This document shows, one piece after another, positions 28,701 through 38,296 of a DNA stretch of 64,000 nucleotides. The notes under the pieces were generated by a model. The model was not told the DNA's origin and ran no database searches. It saw only the letters and a list, made by a program, of their open reading frames with translations. Location of the stretch: contig CM097888.1 in NCBI GenBank assembly GCA_044892525.1, positions 88,660,001-88,724,000 on the forward strand, in the 5' to 3' direction. Each line of letters opens with the position of its first letter. The stretch's first letter is position 1. This DNA is from Schmidtea polychroa (taxonomy: Eukaryota). Both the position numbers and the translations under genes were made by a program.

Positions 28701-31700
28701 TTTAGCTGGGACATCATTGTTGTTGATTATTATTTTATAAATCCCTTTGAACATGCAAATCCAAAGTTTGCCTTTATCCCTTAAACTCACTTAAACCTTC
28801 TAAAAGCAAGAAGAAATTATAAAATAAAAATAAAAAATCAAACCATTCAAACAAGCTGTTTTTCAATTTATTTCCAAATGAAGAAAACTGTTTATTTATA
28901 TTTATTATTAAATCTCTGAACTTTTAATATGAAATATTTTCCAATATTTTTACATAAAATTTGACGGAAGTCGAATTTTTCATTGTTTTTATTTTCTCAA
29001 GAAGATATTTAATNNNNNNNNNNNNNNNNNNNNNNNNNNNNNNNNNNNNNNNNNNNNNNNNNNNNNNNNNNNNNNNNNNNNNNNNNNNNNNNNNNNNNNN
29101 NNNNNNNNNNNNNNNNNNNNNNNNNNNNNNNNNNNNNNNNNNNNNNNNNNNNNNNNNNNNNNNNNNNNNNNNNNNNNNNNNNNNNNNNNNNNNNNNNNNN
29201 NNNNNNNNNNNNNNNNNNNNNNNNNNNNNNNNNNNNNNNNNNNNNNNNNNNNNNNNNNNNNNNNNNNNNNNNNNNNNNNNNNNNNNNNNNNNNNNNNNNN
29301 NNNNNNNNNNNNNNNNNNNNNNNNNNNNNNNNNNNNNNNNNNNTTGCTCACTATCCAGTCTTAAAAATTCATATGATTTATATATCAACACTTCATACAA
29401 TATTTTCACTCTGTCTCCTCGTGGCCTATGTACTCATTTCGAAACCAGGATTCAACAATATCCGTCAATTGAAGTCCTACGTGGAAAGGTTATGCCATCA
29501 GTTGCCAGTGACGGACTCTGTCAAATCAAATAAGCACATTAAATTACTAAAAAAAGCTGAAAAACGAATTGATATGCTTCATGAAAGTGAGCAAGCTGAT
29601 GCAATAATTGAACTGANNNNNNNNNNNNNNNNNNNNNNNNNNNNNNNNNNNNNNNNNNNNNNNNNNNNNNNNNNNNNNNNNNNNNNNNNNNNNNNNNNNN
29701 NNNNNNNNNNNNNNNNNNNNNNNNNNNNNNNNNNNNNNNNNNNNNNNNNNNNNNNNNNNNNNNNNNNNNNNNNNNNNNNNNNNNNNNNNNNNTAAGCCTT
29801 TTGCTGCAAATAATGTATTTAATGAAAGAATTTTCGACTATACGATAGTCCTTGTCAATCTCCTGGAATTTAGCAATGTTCTTCTTCAAAATACCCTTCA
29901 ATCTTTCTTTTATTTCCTTTCTCTTAATTCTCATTGGTTGTAAATATAATGAATTGTTTTACTAAAAACTTTTAAAATTTTTTTATAATTTTTACATTTA
30001 AAATTTCAAAATGACACAAACTAAAATTTTTAAATTTTTTACAGCTTCTATAATTAGCTTCTAGAAGCCTAATAAAATATTTGAAAAATTTGAAAATATT
30101 TTAAATAAAGCCTCCAATAACTACTTATATATGCTATTTAAATATTTCAATAAATGTGTCAATTTTGATTTTCAAACCCTATTTTTTAAAATTTTTTTTC
30201 TATATTATTCTAATTATTACTTTTTAATTTATTCTTATTTTTTTAATTTCTTTGTATATTGTCAGTTATTCTCAAAGTCAATGACAACAGATCAAATTCA
30301 TGATTTCATTGATTTCTTCTTTAGTGTTGATCTTTGGCTGTCTGTTTATTATGAGAATTGCTTCTTTGATTCTGACATTTTTCTTTTGGATATTTCCATT
30401 AGCTATGATTTCTATTGAAATATTTTTTCTTTCCTCTGTTGGCTGACACTGCCGGAGATTGCTTTCTCTTAATTTCTTTTCTTGTTAATAAAGGAAATGA
30501 ATACCGAGAATATCACCAAACTACTTACTGTTATCCTCGAGAACACCTATTTTACCTTTGAACAAAATATCTATAAACAAGTTAAAGGTCTGCCTATGGG
30601 TTCTAGCATATCAGGACTGCTAGCAATCATCTTTATGGATAACCTCGAACGACAGACACTGAGGACCATACAACCCATCGGTTTCTATGCAAGATATGTA
30701 GATGATATCTTCATCTTGACCAAAAACAGAAAAGAAGCGGAGGAAATATTTCATTCATTCAATGCGGCTCATCAAGATATTAAGTTCGAAATCGAATATC
30801 CGGAAGAAGATGGATCCCTCAATTTATTGGATTTGAGAATCAAAATAGAAGAAAATACTCCAACATACGGGTTCTACAGAAAACCAGCTCGCAAAGAAAT
30901 ATTTATGCACCAAAGATCAGCGCTTCCATACTTACAGAAAGTACATGTCATAAGAAACGAGAAACGAAGAATAGCCAATCGATGCACGGAGAAAAACGAA
31001 AACTTTAAAGAGCAATCAAATTTCAATAAAACCCTACACCGAAACGGATACCAAGGTGAGGACATTGAAAAAATGAATTCTACCCCAAGAAGATCTAGGG
31101 AATTAACACAAAAGAATCAGAAATATTTCTATCTGAATATCCCATTCATCAGTGACATACTCGACTTCAAGATCCTGAAAGAACTTAAACGTACCGGTCT
31201 TCCAATTCGGATAGCACATAAATCTTGGACATTGAGAAGGGCTCTGGCAGGCAACATAAATAGAGAAAACAATTGCACAATGAAAAACTGCCAGACACCG
31301 AAAGATATGTGCTTTAGAAAAAACATCGTCTATTGCATCACGTGCAATGTATGCAATGAAATCTACATTGGAAGTACCCTCAGGACATTGCACCAAAGAG
31401 TTAAAGAACATCTAGATCCTGGTGGAACATCCTCGTTGGGCAGACATCTCCGGCAGTGTCAGCCAACAGAGGAAAGAAAAAATATTTCAATAGAAATCAT
31501 AGCTAATGGAAATATCCAAAAGAAAAATGTCAGAATCAAAGAAGCAATTCTCATAATAAACAGACAGCCAAAGATCAACACTAAAGAAGAAATCAATGAA
31601 ATCATGAATTTGATCTGTTGTCATTGACTTTGAGAATAACTGACAATATACAAAGAAATTAAAAAAATAAGAATAAATTAAAAAGTAATAATTAGAATAA

Positions 31701-34700
31701 TATAGAAAAAAAATTTTAAAAAATAGGGTTTGAAAATCAAAATTGACACATTTATTGAAATATTTAAATAGCATATATAAGTAGTTATTGGAGGCTTTAT
31801 TTAAAATATTTTCAAATTTTTCAAATATTTTATTAGGCTTCTAGAAGCTAATTATAGAAGCTGTAAAAAATTTAAAAATTTTAGTTTGTGTCATTTTGAA
31901 ATTTTAAATGTAAAAATTATAAAAAAATTTTAAAAGTTTTTAGTAAAACAATTCATTATATTTACAACCAATGAGAATTAAGAGAAAGGAAATAAAAGAA
32001 AGATTGAAGGGTATTTTGAAGAAGAACATTGCTAAATTCCAGGAGATTGACAAGGACTATCGTATAGTCGAAAATTCTTTCATTAAATACATTATTTGCA
32101 GCAAAAGGCTTAAATTATCATTTTATTGTTTTAAATAATAAATGCTGCTNNNNNNNNNNNNNNNNNNNNNNNNNNNNNNNNNNNNNNNNNNNNNNNNNNN
32201 NNNNNNNNNNNNNNNNNNNNNNNNNNNNNNNNNNNNNNNNNNNNNNNNNNNNNNNNNNNNNNNNNNNNNNNNNNNNNNNNNNNNNNNNNNNNNNNNNNNN
32301 NNNNNNNNNNNNNNNNNNNNNNNNNNNNNNNNTGCTTTTGACAATTCTGTTTCTTAAATGTCAAACAAAACAATATTTTATTATTTTATATTTTCCAATA
32401 ATCTCTAAGAAAAATCATTCTGTGAATTATAATTTGACATTTTTGTTTTGTTATTCACTGCCTCCTTCATGAAATATTAGCATGCCATTAAAACAAAATA
32501 TATCACGTTTTTCAAAGAATTATTATTTTCTCACTTAATTTATCCAAAAAAATTGTCCTAGGCCTTGAATTTTCCATGGTTACCATTTGGTTATTCTTTT
32601 AATTATATTAGGAGAATGTGTAAAAATATAAAAGCATTTAGAAACACGATTTAAAAAATATTTTTTGTGCCAAAGACTTTAGTAACAATATGATGGTGGG
32701 ATTGGGACCCAATTTGGGGGGTTGGCAGTAAAGAACGTTCTCTTTATCACAAATTATCCCTAGCTCAGAAATTCTCACATAATTTTGGTGAATGTATAAT
32801 TTTTACACTGAATAGATTTTATTTTTGATTTTGTCACGCTGCCATAATGAAACTTTTATTTTACAGCACAATTATTCCTATTCTTAAGCAGAAAGCGGTG
32901 AAATAAGTCTTTATATCATTTTGAATAATTTACCCTTGAGCAAAGGCTTCTTACTTACACTGTATGTTCTGTTACCGCATCAACATAGCAAGTCCTACCT
33001 TCTTCATTTTGTTGGCCGTCTTGGTACATCAAAGTCGAAATGATGAAGCATACAGTTGACATTCATAAAGGGAAAAATTCCTTCACATTTACCAGTCAAG
33101 GATTATAAATGTAATAATAATAATACATCAGAAACTTTAACAAACCTTTGAACAATCAATTACAATCATAGAGCTTATGACACCTTTTTATGTTATCAAA
33201 AGAACCTCTAAGTCACCTTGTGGTGAGTGTGTGGCAATATTTTGAGAAGTCGGGGAAATGTTGTAGACTTTTTAATGCAAGCCCTTTCCTGTAAATATTG
33301 GACTCCATTGAAATGGCGCATTTTCGGATGTGAGCCAGAATTGCGGAATGAATTATGATTGGATAATTCAATCTAAATGCGGTAGACAGAGAGATCTTAG
33401 CGGACAGAAACCTTTGGACATTGTCAAGGAAATTAAATAAATATTGATGAATATTATGAAATTTGGAAAATAGATTTCTAGTGAAATATTTTTCACTTTT
33501 CCCAACAAATGACATGTTTTAAGTATTGATACAAGGATTAGGTACCTCCCCTCTCTCATCTGTGATCACAAATTTCAGAATAATTGTAGAAAATAGTCGT
33601 TAAAAATGCAAACCAAATTATATTTATATTTATATTTATATTTTTTGTTTATATTTATGTAAATTTTTTTTACGGATGTCTAACATTAAAATAATATAAA
33701 CATTACAAGCTTTGTGATACCCAGTGCAAATCCCAATAGTAGACTAGTTTCGAGATTTTGGCTCTCATCAGCAGGATTTTCTCTTCGCGCCAGGTAAGTA
33801 TACAATATTGCTGATTCAACTCTATTGCATACTTTACCTGCTACACTGGAAATCACATCACTTGCAAATTAGCTTGGTCAGAGAAAAAATATCATATTGG
33901 CGTATGAAAATCATATTCACCTCTGGAGACACAATCTATACACAGAAACTGTTTACAAGTGCATCCGTAAACCTTTAGCATTTTTAACTTGTAATGGTGT
34001 AAAATTTGTTTTTTACGGATGTCTAACATTAAAATAATATAAACATTACAATAAATATTTCTGTTTATATTTATATTCATATTTATATTTATATTTATAT
34101 AATAAATATTTTTAATTATTAAATAATTTTGTTTATATTTATATTCATATCTATATTTATATTTTTGTTTATATTTATATCTATATGTATATTTATATTT
34201 AATGTTGAAAATAGATTCAAAAAATTTCAACTTAGATTTTATTTTAAAAAATAAAATCAATTTTTACAAGAAAATTTTGACACGAAAATTTTATTGATTT
34301 GGAAATTTTGTTAATCAATTCTGCGCAGATCAATCAATAATGTCATCGGGAGAATCGTTTTATTGATTAGTGCAATTTATTTACAAATTTCACCCGATGC
34401 CCCCTCACTGCAAATTCATAATGGAAATATTTTTTTGTTTTTATTAAAATTCGGGAAAAATATAAATTATATAGAATTTTGTTTAATCATTTGATATATA
34501 TATATATATATATTTATATTTTTTTAAATTAATTTTTATATTTAAATTTTTATATTTTTTTATATTTTTAATATAACATTTTCGTTTTTACTTTTTGTTT
34601 ATTTTAATAATTAAATATTTTTATAATTTTATATATATATTTTTATATTTAGAAAGAAAAATAGAACAGAAATCCTCCACCAACTTGGCTAATTCCAATG

Positions 34701-36198
34701 AAGCTGAGGATGATACCAATGCCAACAATCATGGAAAGAATAAACTCAATGCGAACGTTTTTAGTTTAAGATCAGTGTATTATTTCTTGTTCTTTTTGTC
34801 ATCTTTACTTGGAACAATATTCGGTGCATATGCAACCCAGATAACCGGATCTGACAAGTTCTTGGTGGCATATTACCTTTTTGCGTTTCATTTAATAAAT
34901 ATCGCACTTGTTGTCACGGATTTAACAGGAGTTTTTCAAGCGGTTAGGCAGAGTCGTAAGTTTTTTTATAATATCTTCATATATGTATAATATATACTTA
35001 ATAAATAATTTAGTTCCTTCAATGGCATGGGTCGGTCTGTTGATATTAATCATCATTTATGCGTTCACATTGGTGATATTCGTACTGTTCCGTGATGCAA
35101 TGAACATGTCCTCAAATCTCTACTGCGATACGCTTGGCCATTGTTACACGACTTTGATACGCTTTGGATTCATTTTTGATAAATGGATGGAGGTAAGCAA
35201 AAGGATTTATATAATTTACTTGTTATTATGTCGGCCTATACCACAAATTTAGCCATTGCTGTTATAGAAATTTGTGGATTCGTTTGTAAATTGTAAATTC
35301 AGCCAATCAAATTAATTCTAATTGCGCTTGTCGAGCGTTTCTTTTCTTTCCTTTATTATGACATCCATAAAAATATGTTGCAAAAACAGTTTCATTTATT
35401 CCTTACACTTAATCTTTATAAATGATAGTCATTATATAAATAACTAGCTGCCCTATCCGGCGTAGCTCAGGCACATAAGTCATATAGCAAATTGCTATAT
35501 TTTATTAAATGCACTTGAATTTTCAAAAGTAATTCTACATCGTAAATATATATTACATGTAATAAGCATGTGAAAATTAAAAATTCTTTGTTTTTCTCTG
35601 TGGTGCAAAGATGTAGAGGATTTTTTGAGTATCCGGTTGTAGGGTTTCGTTTGCTCTTACGGTAGCAGCCCGAGTTATAACCCCAGCCAGTCTTGTTGCT
35701 GCTGTGGGGTTTTATTTGACCTCTGATTTGCTGCTCTTTTAGCAGAAGAATTAACAGATTAAATTAGTATTTGTCTTTTAGATAATATTATAAGGGAAAG
35801 GAAATTTATTACAATATAGTGATTTTTAAATGATTCAGGGTTTTCTATATATAATAATAAAGATCTAAGTTTTTATATCTATAGATTATAATAGTAAACA
35901 GATAGACAGATACAGTTTTATACATTGCAAGGCATGATGCTTAACGTTAATGTAATGGAATAACGCAAATGCTGACTTCTTAGAGGAATAAATAGCGTTT
36001 GGCTAATTGAAATTGAGTAATAACAAGTCGGTGATGACCATAGTGGCAGTAACAGCGAGTTTAATTCCCAGCTAGAAATGGCCGCTTAACCTGCTAAATC
36101 ACTGTCGTGTCAGGAATAGTGGATTGGAATTATTCCACTTAAACAAGGAATTCCTGATAAGCGCAAGTTACTAACTTGCACTGATTACTTCCCTGCCT

Positions 36199-36231
<33 letters not shown>

Positions 36232-38244
36232 AGATCGTTGGATTTTGATTTAAGGAATGGCAAAATTTCTATAATTGGTAGAAAACAATCAAACTTGATC
36301 ATTTAGAGGAAAGAAAAGTCGTAACAATGTGAATAATTAGACAAAAATTAAAATACTACATTACCGGATTACATTAGTGCTGATCTGAATTGAGCATGCT
36401 TAACCTAAGAATTTATATTTGACAAAGTGATTTTTTTGTAATAATAACGATTTATAAGGATTTTATATTGGATTCAATTTAAAAATTTCCGTATTTAGAA
36501 ATTGTAACAAACATACATACACACATTCACAATTATATATAAGATGGACGTAATTAACACAGGAAGCCTAGTTAGCATTACATTGTTTATTCGAGTTTCT
36601 TTTACCTATCATTAAAATCTTAAAACTTTTCATCATTCATATTTATAACGATTTAATTTATCTTCATTCATTCAGACTGTTAACCAAGAGGGTCTCTTAT
36701 TTTACACACCAATATATTGTCTGAAATATTTACAATTGCATATTATTTTACATGATTTAAATTACATTTTGAAATAGTTATTCGTTCCTCAATTCGATTC
36801 GAAAAAGAACTTTGTAAGTGTGGTATATATGAGCATTTTCACCGTAATGCTCTGCATTATCGTGGCCATTATAATGCTCAACATCATAGCTGGTATCATT
36901 GTGGACAAGTTTGCAACTGCTCGTAATCTGAAGGTAAATTATGTTTTTATTTATTATTTGCTGACTAATTAAAATTAATTTAATTTCATCAAAATTCAAT
37001 GGATAAAAGTTAAATAATATTTGGGAAAAATAACGTATTTATTCTCCCAGAACCTTTAAATTCACTGTCCATTTTCCAGCCTACAATCAGACCAAAGCCA
37101 AACGTGATGCAAGGAGTGTAAAGGGGGGGGGGAGTGGAAAATAGTTTAGTGAAGAAATGCTAATTGTCCAATCTTTATTACGTTCATTATGGCTCCAACC
37201 TACTGCTTATTAATTAAATAGGTAAAACTTGTATATTATATACTTATGTAAATAAATAAATACTACAAAAAAATACGTCATTCGTAACAATGTTAGTATT
37301 AAGATATTATTTTGCAAGCATTGCTCCGAAAAATTTAAAACGATGATTAATATTATTTAAATAAACAAGGTAAAGATTTTATTGATAAAAATCGCCATTC
37401 GTACATCTTTTTCACTATATATTTCGATAGCATCACTATCATCATCATCAGCTTACCTACAGTCACGACGGATGAATAACTATACAATATTGATAATTTA
37501 TAAAGAAATTATAAAATCTTGAAATTTTTTATAAATTTTTTAGAAGGTAATTAGAAATATGCATCCTATAATTTATATTCCCAACCCTCCGTTATAAACA
37601 AACGGTGACAAAGATCAAGGAGTTTTCAATTTAAAAAATGTATTAAAGGGAATGTGAATTTTAGGTAAATTGTTTAAAGTATAACGTGTTAAGGGATGAA
37701 GTAACTGTTAGTGTCACAGATTTTCAATCCTTTTTGCAGCAGAGCACTATTTTATATTCTTCGCAAATGCGAAGCCTTAATATTAAAATGAGTTTAAAAT
37801 AACAGATATTAACACCACACATTTATTTTGAGTTGTTACATCAACAATTTCAGAAATTGTAAAGTTTTAAGGAGAACCTTGGTACATTGCAAACCGCTGG
37901 TTTATGTAATAAAGGGATGTTTCTATCTATATAGATGATATATTTTATTTAAAAGTAAATAAATTTAAAGTTAATATAGAATTTCCCCATTGGTCAGGGT
38001 TCATCCAATAAGCAATGAGATTAATAATTCATAAATAAATAATTTATAAACGTTGATCAGTTATAATCTAATAATTGTTATAAATCAGCTGTAAATTAAG
38101 TCAAAAATAAAATCATTTTTATTTACTTTTAATTAATTTAACAATATTTAATAAAATAAAATAATTGAACTATAGTATAAAAAAAGTTAAAATATATTAA
38201 AAAAATATACTGAAATATTATAAATTTCTTTAGAAAAAGGAAGA

Positions 38245-38296
<52 letters not shown>

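Larger units (their letters stand above)
29793..32112 (+). mobile_element. Penelope-like element with inverted pseudo-LTRs
   Basis: 29793-30459 is the reverse complement of 31446-32112 (at least 667 bp; left end bounded by a gap). Confidence 0.92.

Noticed and set aside
30131-30418. Twin 95-aa ORFs (30131..30418 + and 31487..31774 -)
   Set aside because: Antisense readings of the pseudo-LTR and GIY-YIG tail, duplicated by the inverted repeat.
33700-33800. U1 snRNA on the minus strand (ATACTTACCTGGC start, TTGCACT about 70 nt later)
   Set aside because: No pairing around the TTGCACT loop and no Sm site; the start is simply the complement of a consensus splice donor.
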